Shown in pieces: positions 51,089 through 63,770 of a stretch of 64,000 nt of DNA (within the stretch, counting starts at the first letter, position 1; each line of letters opens with the position of its first letter). Both the position numbers and the translations under genes were made by a program. The notes under the pieces were generated by a model that worked only from the letters and a program-made list of their open reading frames with translations, did not search any database and was not told the origin of the DNA. This stretch comes from Amphiscolops sp. MND2022. Lineage: Eukaryota. Where the stretch lies: NCBI GenBank assembly GCA_964187785.1, contig OZ076409.1, forward strand, positions 66,466,001 through 66,530,000. Direction: 5' to 3'.

Positions 51089-52700
51089 TGTCGCATATAT
51101 TAATCTGAATAAATTTCAAAATGATTCCCCAAGAAAGTGGAAAGATTTATCGAATTCATTTACAGACCACGAGCTGTGCAATTTGAATCCACATGAAGTG
51201 AAATATTTTTGAAGAAATGTATTTTTGTACTTTGTATATTTTTAAAGCTTGAAAGCGCTCCTCACCTCATGAAAACCTGGACCGTCTTTTCCCCCTACTT
51301 CTTCCCCGCGAACCCGGCTGTCTTATCGCACGCCTCACTCCTTGAGGCTGATATTGCGCACCCAGGTGCTGAACGCGCTCTTCCTCGGCCCCCTCGACCT
51401 TCAGTGTGGTGGTCATCAAAGCCGCTGGCCCTGGTCCCGTCAATACACAGTGTGCAGTCAAGGAGGAAAACAGAACTACGTCACCGGGCTCCTGGATGCA
51501 GTATGCTATATTTGCCCGGAATTGCAGCAAGTCATCCCGGAGCGTACTAGGCAGGGAACGATGCCTTTCCAACGGAGGCACAATGCGTTTTCTGCAGAGG
51601 GTCTTCACCTCGCGTGTGCGAGTGGTGAAGAACCAGAACTTCCTCCCCCTTTCCAGCTGGCTGACAATGCTCCCTCCCGGGTTGGAGTCTATGTGCCAAC
51701 CACTCCATGCCCAACCACCACTTGCAAGGAGTGAGACGTGCTCGATGGAGTGCCCGCCAATATCTTGGACAACCTCCACATACTGCTCTGCTAGCGGGTC
51801 TGGGTATAGGGCCTCATATCGCCAGGGAGCCTCTGGAAGTCCATCAAAAGCAGCGTCCTTCATCCGTGTGCCCTTGAAGGTTGCCAGAAGTTGCTTTTCA
51901 ATACGGAAAGAAACAGCAACGCTCCTCGCTGCTCCGTTGGTATAACGTAGGACAGGATTGCCACGTATAATAATGGGGATGTTCTGTTTCCTTAAGAAAT
52001 CTGTTATGCCCCCCTCCCTCACCCGAGTCAAAGGAAGCCTCCCCGACTCTAACTCCATTGTCAGGCTTAATGCAGCCTCAAGCTCATTCATCTCTAAAAT
52101 AGCAAACTTTACTCTTTCTTCATGTATGTTTGTGGTTGATATTGTGATTTATAACTTTTAGTTGAAAACGAATTTTTGTGTTCATACAAGCTCACTGTGA
52201 CAACGCGCTGAATGTTATCTTTGTTTGATTGACCTTTCCCAACCCCATTCATTCTCATTGCTTTTGCTGAATATATGTTTTACGTTGCCTATTTGTTGTA
52301 TAGACCGAATTGAACAAGGTGTTTTGCCAATGCATACAACATATTTGTTAGCCAATAAGCGTGCAGTTACATAACTCCAATTGCATCATACTGTGTCATT
52401 TATGTCCATTGACTGGTACATGAATCCTAAATATTGTGCTTCATTGTCAAAACCTCACCCACCATGATGAGAGCTGTGAATTGTCTTGAACTGCAAGAAC
52501 TTGCAAAACGCGATAATCTTTTAGTTTAATAAAGCTTCAAAGCTTCAACTCAGTTTTGTTCGAGTCTCTTCAGCAAAAATCATAGTTTTATTTCCTGATA
52601 GTGGTCAGGTGGTCCGCCATTCAAGAACCAAGGGCGAGACTACTTCGCAAGCTACAAGCAAAGCATTCTCGCAAACAACCGAGGGACATCGGCGCGAACA
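51089..52700 (+). repeat. 5' LTR (1612 bp) of the BEL/Pao element
   Basis: Direct repeat of 58167-60477 after removing the MITE; AATAAA near 52528. Confidence 0.95.
51267..52091 (-). CDS. JmjC-domain Fe(II)/2-oxoglutarate oxygenase (copy in 5' LTR)
   Basis: SGWHIDSNPGGSIVSQLERGRKFWFF (HxD and 2OG Lys) and CIQEPGDVVLFSSLTAHCVLT (distal His); basic NLS-like C-terminus; minus-strand TATAAA at 52148-52153. Confidence 0.85.
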   Translation of the reverse strand: MNELEAALSLTMELESGRLPLTRVREGGITDFLRKQNIPIIIRGNPVLRYTNGAARSVAVSFRIEKQLLATFKGTRMKDAAFDGLPEAPWRYEALYPDPLAEQYVEVVQDIGGHSIEHVSLLASGGWAWSGWHIDSNPGGSIVSQLERGRKFWFFTTRTREVKTLCRKRIVPPLERHRSLPSTLRDDLLQFRANIAYCIQEPGDVVLFSSLTAHCVLTGPGPAALMTTTLKVEGAEEERVQHLGAQYQPQGVRRAIRQPGSRGRSRGKRRSRFS

Positions 52701-52720
52701 TTTGGTCCGCCGAACCGGAT

Positions 52721-55700
52721 ATGGCTGAGGCAGGAACAAACAACTGGGAGGAAGATGTTCGCAAACTGTACGTGTGAGGGCAGGACACAAGGCAGCTTTC
52801 ACAAAGTACGAGACCAGAGTTGATGACCTCGTATTAGATCACGCAGTTACCAGTGAGAAGCTCTGTGAAGCGGAGGCGCTGTTTTCTACGTTGCAAAACA
52901 AGTACAAAACAATTCTCAGATGGGACGCAGAGATCGAGCTCAAAATTGAAGACGATGCCAAGCTAGCACAAGAACAGGAGGCATTCTCAGATTACGAGAC
53001 TAGGATGAACGATGCCATGGCTCGACTCAGTGTACTTATTGACAATATCAAGACCCAGTTGAAGGCGGGACTTACAGCAACCGCATCAACCTCTTCAAGC
53101 CTGCCAACTACAGGACGCATGCGTCTGCCAAAGCTCCAAATGCCAACTTTCACTGGTGCCTATACCAATTGGGTATCTTTCAGCGATCTCTTTCAAGCAG
53201 CAGTGGGCTCAAGCAGTCTTTTATCTGACTCTGAGAGACTAAATTACCTGAAAGCCTGCATAAAGGGTGACGCTGCGAAAATATTCAGCTCACTTAGAAT
53301 CACAGATGCCAATTACCCCATTGCGTGGCAGCTACTAAAGGACAGATACGACAACACACGAAGTATAGTGCATGCTCATTTACAAGCCATTTGGTCTCAG
53401 TCGTCAATGAAGGTAGAATCTGGGTCTGGCCTCAGGAAACTACACGAAACCACCAATGAGCACCTGAGGGCATTAGAAGCTTTGGGTCAACCAGTGAACC
53501 AATGGAGTGCTGTATTAGTTTTTTGCATCGCCGACAAGCTCAATGCAGAATCACGGAAGCAATGGCAGCTCAAACATTATGGCAAAAATGTCCTTCGCTG
53601 GGATGATTTATCCAAGTTCCTTGATGAAAGAAGCAGGGCATTAGAGAGTGGTGCAATCAAAGTGATTCCCCAAGCCAGCAAGATGAGCGATCAACGTGAG
53701 CCTCGACATCAGTCTTACGCAGCTTCAATGACGTGTAGTGAAATATGTGACGTAGAACATAAACTCCATGCGTGTCCAGAATTCAAGAAGATGTCAACGT
53801 CCCAGAAGTATGACTTGGTGAAGAAGAAGCGTGCTTGTTTCAATTGTTTGCAGACTGGGCACAGTGTCAGCGAATGTGGTTCTAAATTCAGCTGCAGGGA
53901 GTGCAGGGCCAAACACCACACTCTACTTCACCGACCAAAGCCTGCGACAACTTTGCATGACGGGTCAAACAAGACAATAGCGAGGGTGTCAACTTCTGCC
54001 AACACAACAATTCAGTCTGCCGGCTCAGCAGGTCAGCAAGCCGATACTTCTGTCTTGACTGGGCATTGCGGGTCTGGATCTCCAAACGCCGGTGCTCTAC
54101 TTCCAACGGCAATGGTACCCATCCACAATAAATCAGGTGAAACGGTACATCTTCGAGCCTTGTTAGATTCCGGATCACAGGTTAGCTTCATTACAGAGGC
54201 AAAAGCGAAGGCACTAATGTTGAAAGTGCAAAAAACACCGTCAACCATCATAACTCTGGGTGCTTCTAGCTCACAAAAGACATGCGGCGTGTTACCAGCT
54301 ACGATTGCAGGTTCGATAGACGTTAACTTTCACGTGATCCCGAAGATAACTGGTTCACTGCCTAATGCAATTGTGGATATCTCCCAGATGCGTCACGTAG
54401 ATCATCTGAAGCTGGCTGATCCCAACTTCAGTGTACCTGGCAAAATTGACATGCTTCTGGGAGCCGACATCATTGAAGATCTAATGCTGGACAATAGAAT
54501 CAGAGACAATGGTCTCATCCTTCCAGAGTCACTCCTGGGCTGGAGTGTTTCGGGTCCAATATTGGAGACGAGTGGTGTAATCTCGACTCATCATGTGACA
54601 GTGGCAAGCGATGGGGAGTCAAACAAGTTACTAGCGAGGTTCTGGGAACTAGAGAGTGTACCAGAAAAGAAGCACCGCACGATGGAAGAGGCTCATTGCG
54701 AAGAACATTTTGATGCAACAACCACACGAGACTCAGCCGGAAGGTTCTATGTGAGGTTACCTTTCAAGGCAGACGGTCACTTGCTGGGTCAGAGCCGAGT
54801 TCCTGCAATGAGACGATTCATCAATCTGGAAAACAAACTGAAACGTGACAACTTGCTGAAAGTCAGGTTTTCTGACTTTGTTAATGAATTTTTGAAATTG
54901 GGTCATCTAGAGAAGGTACCTGATGGAGAGTTGGACAATGTAAACCATTACTACATGCCCCATCATTGTGTATTAAAAGATGCCAGTACAACAACGAAGC
55001 TGCGGGTGGTCTTTGATGCTAGTGCCAAGACAACAACAGGTCTTTCGCTAAATGACTGCTTGATGGTGGGCCCGAAACTGCAAGACGATCTATTCAGCAT
55101 TTTGATACGATTCCGATTCTTCAAGGTTGCGTTGTCGGCAGACGTTGCCAAGATGTACCGACAGGTTGGTCTAGACCCCAGAGACAGGGACTTCATGCGA
55201 CTCCTCTGGCGATTCAGTGAAGACGAGCCTGTACAGTCTTTTCGTTTGACGCGTGTGATTTACGGGGTAGCAAGTTCCTCTTATCACTCAATCAGAAGCT
55301 TGAGGGAAACAGCCCAGCTTGATGGTGTACCAATAGCGGCCAAAGAAGCAATTCTACGTGATTTCTATGTGGACGACATTTTAACAGGAGCTAGTAGCAT
55401 TGAGGAAGCTGAGCAGCTTCTCAATGATATGATACAAACTCTTGAACGAGTTCAATTTGATCTGAAAAAATGGACCAGCAATGTTCCTTCTCTTGTCTTA
55501 GCACTTCCCGCAGAGTATAGGGAAGCAAATGAAAACCTGAAGTTTCTTGATCCAACTCATACCATAAAAACAATGGGTGTCACTTGGAACCCTTTTGATG
55601 ATTTGTTCTCGTTTGAGGTAGCTCACATCTCTGATGACATCAATGACGATGGAATGACAAAAAGACAAATGCTTAGTGACATCGCTAAAACTTTTGATCC

Positions 55701-58029
55701 TCTGGGCTGGTTGTCTCCGGTGACAATGCTACTGAAGAGCATGATGCAACGGGCCTGGCAAACAAATGTCGACTGGGATCAGAAACTGCCAACCGAGATT
55801 GATGTGAGCTATCGGACCTGGCGGAAGAATCTATACAGTTTGAAAGAGGTCAAGTTGCAACGCTTTGTTCTGAGCGAAGAACAGCAAGAGCCCTTCGAGT
55901 TACATGTCTTTTGTGATGCCTCAGAGAAGGCATATGCAGCCTGTGTATACGTGGTCTCGACCAATAATCGAGGTGAGAGAAGTTCCAATCTACTTGTGGC
56001 AAAATGCAAAGTCTCTCCACTGAAAACACAATCTATTCCTCGCTTGGAATTGTGCGCTGTGCTTCTCGGATCCCGTCTGGTGTTATTAGTCACTCAGGCA
56101 CTTGAGCGAATTTCTGTCAACATACGTGCAACAACGGGCTGGAGTGATTCCACAATTGTTCTCTGTTGGCTTTCTCAAGAACCAAGTAACTGGACAACGT
56201 TTGTCGCGAACAGAGTTGCCGAAATACAACGCAATGACTGTGTTCATTGGCAACACGTACCCACAGAGGACAATCCAGCTGATGCAGCATCTCGTGGTGT
56301 TGAGCCAAGTGCACTCAAGAGCCTAGAAATTTGGTGGAGGGGACCAACTTGGTTATGTAGTGGAGTGCTACCGTCACAAACGAAACTAAACTTCACTGAA
56401 GATGAAACAAAAAGGCCAGAGCGACAGATCCTACACCCTAGAGCGGCTAAAAAAACTCCTTTAGCAAGAGTGGTAAGAACAGTCCCAGCAGTGTCCCTTG
56501 CAGTTACAAAGGTTCACAACTATGCAGGTGACATCTTTGACCTTTCGCTATTCAGTTCTCTATCGAAGCTTCTCAGGGTAGTGGCGTATGTCAAACGATT
56601 TATACAACGCATTTGTAACCGAGGCACCAAGGAATCATTAGACACCATCTCATCTGACGAAATGACGGAGGCGATGATGATTCTTCTACGGCAAGAACAA
56701 AAGAAGGTTTATTCCGACGAAATAAAAACCTTGGAGACCATGCCTCAGGTAAAATCGACAAGCAAAATCCTAAAATTGTACCCATTTTTATTCCAGGGAG
56801 TCCTTTGTGTTGGAGGTCGTCTTGCCCACGCCAATTTACCAGACGAGGCTAAAAATCAGCGATTAGTTCCGAAGGAAAGCAGACTCGCTACACTTGTCAT
56901 TAAGAAAGCTCATCTGGATACGCTACATGGGGGCCCCAATCAAGTGATGGCTCAGATCAGATCCAATTTGTGGATACCCAACAACCGTAGTGTTGTGAGA
57001 CAAGAACTCCAGCAGTGCGTGAAATGCAGCAGGTTCACAGCCAAGTTGAGTGCGCCGCTTATGGGAGACCTTCCTAAGGAACGCATTGACGTCCCAACTA
57101 GAGCCTTTGAAAACGTTGGGCTAGACTTTGCAGGACCATTTCTATGCAAACCAAGCAGCAAGGCCAGAAGTCAGGACAAAGCCTACATGGCTTTGTTTGT
57201 TTGTTTCGCCAGTAAAGCTGTCCACATTGAGTGTGTATCCGATATGACCACTTTGGGGTGTATGGCAGCAATACGACGTTTTATATCTCGAAGAGGTTGT
57301 CCCAGTCAAGTATTCTCTGACAACGGAACCAACTTTGGTGGCGCAGCCAACGAGATCCAGCAACTGCAAGAGGTTCTATCCAACAAGCATGACAACTCGC
57401 TGCAATCCCAATCTAGTGCTCTTGGCATTCGATGGAACTTCATACCCCCAAGGGCTCCTCATTTTGGAGGTTTATGGGAAGCGGCAGTGAAAAGTGCGAA
57501 AAAACACTTACGCAGAACGATGGGCAACAGTGTCTTGACATTTGAGGAGTTAACAACTCTTTTTTGTTAGATCGAGGCAGTGCTAAATTCGCGCCCAATC
57601 AGTGTAATGTCCGATGATCCCAATGAAGTTGAACCACTTACACCAGCACACCTTTCAATTGGACACAGACTAGATGTGTTACCTTCTTTTTTATTGGACC
57701 AAACCCATGACGTGGACAACTGCAGTCCCTCAAAACGATGGTATCACATTCAGAACATTTTGTTGCATTTTTGGAACAGATGGACCAAAGAATACGTAAC
57801 CACATTACAGGAAAGAAGCAAATGGAGACGAGAAACAAGCAATTTGAAAGTGGGCGACTTAGTTTTCATCACCGATGACAATTCAGCACCTCTACAATGG
57901 CCAATTGGTCGCGTTCATTACGTCTACAGTGGACCCGATAGTGCCGTCAGAGTAGTCAAGGTGAAAACTCCAACTGGAATATACAATCGCTCTGTTCACA
58001 AGTTGAAAAAACTACCTATTGATACTTAA
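52721..58029 (+). pseudogene. BEL/Pao gag-pol polyprotein (frameshift near 52770, premature TAG at 57568)
   Basis: LPKLQMPTF, three zinc knuckles, LLDSGS, YMPHH, LRVVFDAS, YVDD, FCDAS, WSDS, DFAGP, SDNGTNF and GGLWEAAV. Confidence 0.95.
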
Positions 58030-58347
58030 TCTCCTCAAACTTTAATGAAACACCCTGTAATCAGCTGTTTGTTAACGCTCGCTCATTGTCAACTCCTTTG
58101 ATGCTATATTTGTACGTCATGCAACTTTTTATTGATTTGCGCCACGCAAAATCAAGGCGGGCGGTATGTCGCATATAATAATCTGAATAAATTTCAAAAT
58201 GATTCCCCAAAAAAGTGGAAAGATTTATCGATTTCATTTACAGACCACGAGCTGTGCAATTTGAATCCACATGAAGTGAAATATTTTTGAAGAAATGTAT
58301 TTTTGTACTTTGTATATTTTTAAAGCTTGAAAGCGCTCCTCACCTCA

Positions 58348-59169
58348 TCAAAACCTGGACCGTCTTTTCCCCCTACTTCTTCCCCGCGAACCCGGCTGTC
58401 TTATCGCACGCCTCACTCCTTGAGGCTGATATTGCGCACCCAGGTGCTGAACGCGCTCTTCCTCGGCCCCCTCGACCTTCAGTGTGGTGGTCATCAAAGC
58501 CGCTGGCCCTGGTCCCGTCAGTACACAGTGTGCAGTCAAGGAGGAAAACAGGACTACGTCACCGGGCTCCTGGATGCAGTATGCTATATTTGCCCGGAAT
58601 TGCAGCAAGTCATCCCGGAGCGTACTAGGCAGGGAACGATGCCTTTCCAACGGAGGCACAATGCGTGTTCTGCAGAGGGTCTTCACCTCGCGTGTGCGAG
58701 TGGTGAAGAACCAGAACTTCCTCCCCCTTTCCAGCTGGCTGACAATGCTCCCTCCCGGGTTGGAGTCTATGTGCCAACCACTCCATGCCCAACCACCACT
58801 TGCAAGGAGTGAGACGTGCTCGATGGAGTGCCCGCCAATATCTTGGACAACCTCCACATACTGCTCTCCTAGCGGGTCTGGGTATAGGGCCTCATATCGC
58901 CAGGGAGCCTCTGGAAGTCCATCGAAAGCAGCGTCCTTCATCCGTGTGCCCTTGAAGGTTGCCAGAAGTTGCTTTTCACTACGGAAAGAAACAGCAACCC
59001 TCCTCGCTGCTCCGTTGGTATAACGTAGGACAGGATTGCCACGTATAATAATGGGGATGTTCTGTTTCCTTAAGAAATCTGTTATGCCCCCCTCCCTCAA
59101 CCGAGTCAAAGGAAGCCTCCCCGACTCTAACTCCATTGTCGATCTTAATGCAGCCTCAAGCTCATTCAT
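58348..59169 (-). CDS. JmjC-domain oxygenase (copy in 3' LTR)
   Basis: 273 aa; 7 substitutions relative to the 5' copy and one codon shorter; catalytic motifs identical. Confidence 0.85.
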   Translation of the reverse strand: MNELEAALRSTMELESGRLPLTRLREGGITDFLRKQNIPIIIRGNPVLRYTNGAARRVAVSFRSEKQLLATFKGTRMKDAAFDGLPEAPWRYEALYPDPLGEQYVEVVQDIGGHSIEHVSLLASGGWAWSGWHIDSNPGGSIVSQLERGRKFWFFTTRTREVKTLCRTRIVPPLERHRSLPSTLRDDLLQFRANIAYCIQEPGDVVLFSSLTAHCVLTGPGPAALMTTTLKVEGAEEERVQHLGAQYQPQGVRRAIRQPGSRGRSRGKRRSRF

Positions 59170-59646
59170 CTCTAAAATAGCAAACTTTACTCTTTCATCA
59201 TGTATATTTGTGGTTGATATTGTGATTTATAACTTTTAGTTGAAAACGAATTTTTGAGTTCATACAAGCTCACTGTGACAACGCGCTGAATGCTATCTTT
59301 GTTTGATTGACCTTTCCCAACCCCATTCATTCTCATTGCTTTTGCTGAATATATGTTTTACGTTGCCTATTTGTTGTATAGACCGAATTGAACAAGGTGT
59401 TTTGCCAATGCATACAACATATTTGTTAGCCAATAAGCGTGCAGTTACATAACTCCAATTGCATCATACTGTGTCATTTATGTCCATTGACTGGTACATG
59501 AATCCTAAATATTGTGCTTCATTGTCAAAACCTCACCCACCATGATGAGAGCTGTGAATTGTCTTGAACTGCAAGAACATGCAAAACGCGATAATCTTTT
59601 AGTTTAATAAAGCTTCAAAGCTTCAACTGTTTTGTTCGAGTCTCTT

Positions 59647-60337
59647 GGCGACGTATAACCAGGTCGAAAAAGTTTGGTCGAAAAAACTGAGGTCGAAACT
59701 GGTCGAAAAATAATTGGGTCGAAATTGAATATGTAGCATTTTTTGATCGAACGATTAAGGTCGAACTGCTTTTCAAGATAGAATTTAGTCGAAAAAATTA
59801 ACCAACAATCTTATTTAATCTAATTTCAGGTTTGGTTATGGGTGACCGCGGTCGTGAACACATCAAATGGCAGAGACTTTTAGTTTATATAATGTGGGGC
59901 ATATGCGATGTATGCACGCTCGCCCTCACCGTCGCAAAGACCAGCTCCCACTACGATCGCTTCGCGATCTCCGTTCCCGCTAGGTCTTTGCTCCTGTTCG
60001 ACCTCGCTTAGCAAGATGGGAATATAAGCGGCTCCAAGGGGCCGCGGGGCACTAGAGGAAATGGGGACATATCCGAAGCACGTTTTGTACTAAAAAAACC
60101 GCGTTAAAGTTCGTCCATTCTGCAAAAAATCGCATTTCTGAACGTTTTGACATTTTTTGAGCAATTCTGACCACTTTCTAGTTGTTCGACGCTTTTCCTA
60201 TTTTTCTATTCGGTATAGGTCCGTTTTTTGCAAACTTTCGACCATTTTCTTCGATCATTTTACTTCGATCAATTTCGTTCGATCACAGTTTCGCCGTTGC
60301 AATTCGACCGGATTATTTCGACCCGTTTCGTGTCACC
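59647..60337. mobile_element. Mutator-like non-autonomous element (MITE)
   Basis: Absent from the 5' LTR; 9-10-bp TSD (C)GAGTCTCTT; termini GGCGAC/GTCACC; GGTCGAA and TTCGACC subterminal repeats; core at 59889-60075. Confidence 0.85.
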
Positions 60338-61433
60338 CGAGTCTCTTCAGCAAAAATCATAGTTTTATTTCCTGATAGTGGTCAGGTGGTCCGCCATTCA
60401 AGAACCAAGGGCGAGACTACTTCGCAAGCTACAAGCAAAGCATTCTCGCAAACAACCGAGGGACATCGGCGCGAACAAATACTGTTCAGATCATATATTT
60501 AAACATATCTGATCTAACACCGATCATCGGAAATTTGAGCGATTCCCTCTTTTTGGACGTTTGAAGGCAAAAGCTTTCAATTCAGCTGATTACAAGGTTC
60601 CACGAGGGTTGCTGAGAAACAACCAAAATAAAATTTTTATGCCGTGAAATGCTTCAATCAGGGATGAACGGACACGCTATAAAGTAGTGATACATGTTTC
60701 TTTCGCCAGGGTTGTCTTCAAAGAAATCGGTTGAATCAACGTTTATAAGTTCCCGGGGTTTCTTCACATACCTGAAATATAAAAAGTGTCATGTTCAATT
60801 TTTCAGGCATCCGAGACGTTTTATCTATCTCAATAGATTATTTCTACATCCTCAGAAAAACGTGCTAGTTAAGAGTGTAGTCTAGAAAATTTTGAAGGGA
60901 TGTTTTACATAATCCAATTCAGAAACAGGTTGCTGATACACTTTTGGAACAAACGCAAAACGCTTCAATGAGAAGGATTCCATTGAGATTTTGTTGAGGT
61001 CAGGTTTTCGAGGCCAAAAAAACTAGTTGAATGAACAGCCAGCGCGAATAACGTAAAATTTTCCTCTCGAGAAAATCTGCTTTCTGGTCTTCCTATTGAT
61101 TTTTTGCAAAGAGGGTGACAGCGATGTTTAGCTGAATAAAAACAAGCAATTTCCGGTTCTTGAGAACCTTATCGCTTTGCATCGGTGGTGACAAATGATG
61201 AAACTCCCGTGTTTGTTGCTAAGGCGGAAAAACACATAGAAACGCAGGTTAAAATATCCAAAGTCGGTGCCAAAATTCTGTCTGGAAATTCAAGAAGTCT
61301 GGAATTCAATTTGATTCTATCAATTAAATTCTAAAAAAAGTCCCCTATTTGCGGGTGGATATAGATAATGATTAAGTCCTTTAGTCGAAATAGGTCCTGT
61401 CATAGATGGCTAGGCTAAGAGTCTACGTCACTT

Positions 61434-61830
61434 TCAACTGTCTAGGATTTCTGTCTCGCAAATAAAGGACTTGAGGGTAGCACAGTCGTCGGGGTTGAAG
61501 ATGTTCAGATCTTTTATGTTGCTTGGGCGGGCTGGTTCATTGTTGGCACACCGGAAAAAATAATGCACGCTATCACCTTCTTCCTTTCCACATGTGCATA
61601 GAGGAGAGGCAATTTTACTAAGGTTCCAGGCGTAATATGGTAGTTTCAAGGAGTTACCGATAAACAATTCACACAGTTTGTTGGCACGATAGGGATTTCC
61701 ATTCGTAAGGGGGCTGTAGACACCGTGGCTGGGGATCTCTTTAACAAATTGTTTCAGAGAGCATTCGTTGAATGTGCTTTTCCATCGACTTTGGCGTAGG
61801 GATTTAGCAATTGTACGGTCTGACTTGTTT
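61434..61830 (-). mobile_element. 3' fragment of a LINE-type non-LTR retrotransposon ORF2
   Basis: SPLCTCGKEEGDSVHYFFRC is the C-terminal CCHC typical of LINE ORF2; ends LKSFICETEIL. Confidence 0.65.
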
Positions 61831-63770
61831 TCGACAGTTGTCGTGTCCGAACATTGATAGGTATATACAAAAACACTATCTTTTTGTAACCTTCAAGATT
61901 CCAAAACGGGAATGAATGTGTTCCACTATCCGGAGTTCCTTATCAGACATGCATTTCAAATGTCACACCGGGCACCATTTTTTTCGAAGCAGTGATTTTC
62001 CATGTGATTTCATGCACAACCACGTTTTCGAAATTCCCACAAAATGAGCGATTTCTTTGAAGTTGCTAGTTGTTTCCAAAGGGTTTTTGATGAGAAGCCC
62101 TTGTTGGCCTCCAATGTTGATAACCTGATAGCTTGAATTGGTTTTACAAGATAAATCAAACGAAATCTGAAGAAAGGTTGTTTTTAGAAGTTTCCTGTTG
62201 CTCTGCAAACTAACTGACTTAATTAGTCAACGTATTTTTCAAGATCAGAAAAAGTTCGTATCAGGTTGTTACCAGGTGGCTCGAAATGCTAACTGAACCA
62301 ATCTTTCGGTTTACGAAAAACCCTAAACCTCCCTTAATGCCATGCTACCCTGTGTAGCGTTAGAACTCGGCGAAAATTTTTTTTGGGCGACGTTTCGCAT
62401 TGTCGCGTCAGTGTTGATACCAAGTCGGTCTAAGAGAAGTTGTAAAGTTGCTGATTTTTTCTGTTGACAGTCGATTTAGTCTGTCGAGTTCACAAAGTAG
62501 TGTGGGAAACTAATTTGCTTTTCCATCAATTGAAAATAAAAAAGTGGTACCTTAAATTTTCGGGATAAATTCGATTCGGGTTCTTTTCCTTATTAGTAAG
62601 TTTAGATGTCACCCGTTCTTCCTTTCAGGTGTTTAAGTATAAAGGACGGTATATGCCCAGTTTGCCGAATCCGAGGGACAGTTTGCCGAATTTTTCGGCA
62701 AACTGTCCCAAATTCTAAAGGACAAATAATCCAACTTTGCTCTAAAGTGTTTTCGATAATGCAAATTGCTGATCTGTACTCGTGTGAAAACCGAATCAGA
62801 AAAACATTCTATATATAATTGGGTCTTGGGGAATAAGGTATTTCGTATAAACTTACTTTTCTGCCCCTGTGGCTCTACTAAAACCTGTACGTAGAGAAAC
62901 CTTTAACTCCTTCAACTGTAAATCAACGCTCACCGTCTGTAGGCATGCCGAGACACCTTTCGACAACGAGCGCCGAATACAAACAAGGGCGCGACCACAT
63001 TCTGGATGAGGTTGCTCTGCTGGAATTTTCAGATTTACTGACAGCTGAAACCTACCAATTCTGTAACACTTGCACTTTAGCGAGTTGATATCGATTTCCA
63101 TTGAATACGCTTGCTTTTGTGTTGGAAAGATTTTGTGGATTGTGCTTGCTTTTGTGAATTTTGAAAAAGTTCAAGGAAAGGCGTCTAGGATGAACGCTGC
63201 AGACCAGCTCTGATGGAAAGAATGATGATCTTTGACACTGTCTCCTACTGATAGTATTGGAGGAACAACTCTATTGGAAGTCAAACAAAAACTTCAGACA
63301 TTGGGGCGTGGCGTCGACGATCTTCCACGTGGATGTTGACGTACTTCTATCCGGACTCAAAAACTGATTAATATCAGTTCAGACCTTGGGGGATGGTGTC
63401 GACGATAGAGAATGGCCGTGAAAGGGCGAAAAGGGAAGGTTTTGTGACAGACCCACGTGAAGACCTATCTCAAACCAAACAACTAAGAACTGGGAAGTTT
63501 GTAAAGCAACGTATTCTCTGGGGCTCAAATCGATTCCAGACTGTTAAAACACTTATTAAAATACTCATATCGCAGTAGATACAGCTACACAAACTTAGCA
63601 GACTCTCCGAAAACTTATGGCTCTGTATAAGATGGAAGATGTTTACAAGTTTTCTAGAGGAAACATTTTATATTGATTATATTCTTTCCTAGCGTTTGCA
63701 ATATTGTGGTTATAGCGACACAGTATGCTGAAATATCTGGTTATTTTCTAGAGATTAATGTAGATGAGGG

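Larger units (their letters stand above)
51089..60477 (+). mobile_element. Full-length BEL/Pao LTR retrotransposon with JmjC gene in both LTRs
   Basis: TG...CA LTRs 51089-52700 and 58167-60477; TSD AATAC (51084-51088 and 60478-60482); PBS TGGTCCGCCGAACCGGA (tRNA-Tyr-like); PPT AAGGCGGGCGG. Confidence 0.97.
58167..60477 (+). repeat. 3' LTR of the BEL/Pao element, interrupted by a MITE
   Basis: Matches the 5' LTR on both sides of 59647-60347. Confidence 0.95.

Noticed and set aside
51209..51945. Plus-strand ORFs inside the BEL LTR
   Set aside because: Shadows of the GC-richer antisense JmjC ORF, with no recognisable motifs.
52160..52520. Frequent ATTG/CAAT words upstream of the JmjC ORF
   Set aside because: No fixed spacing seen; compatible with AT-rich composition.
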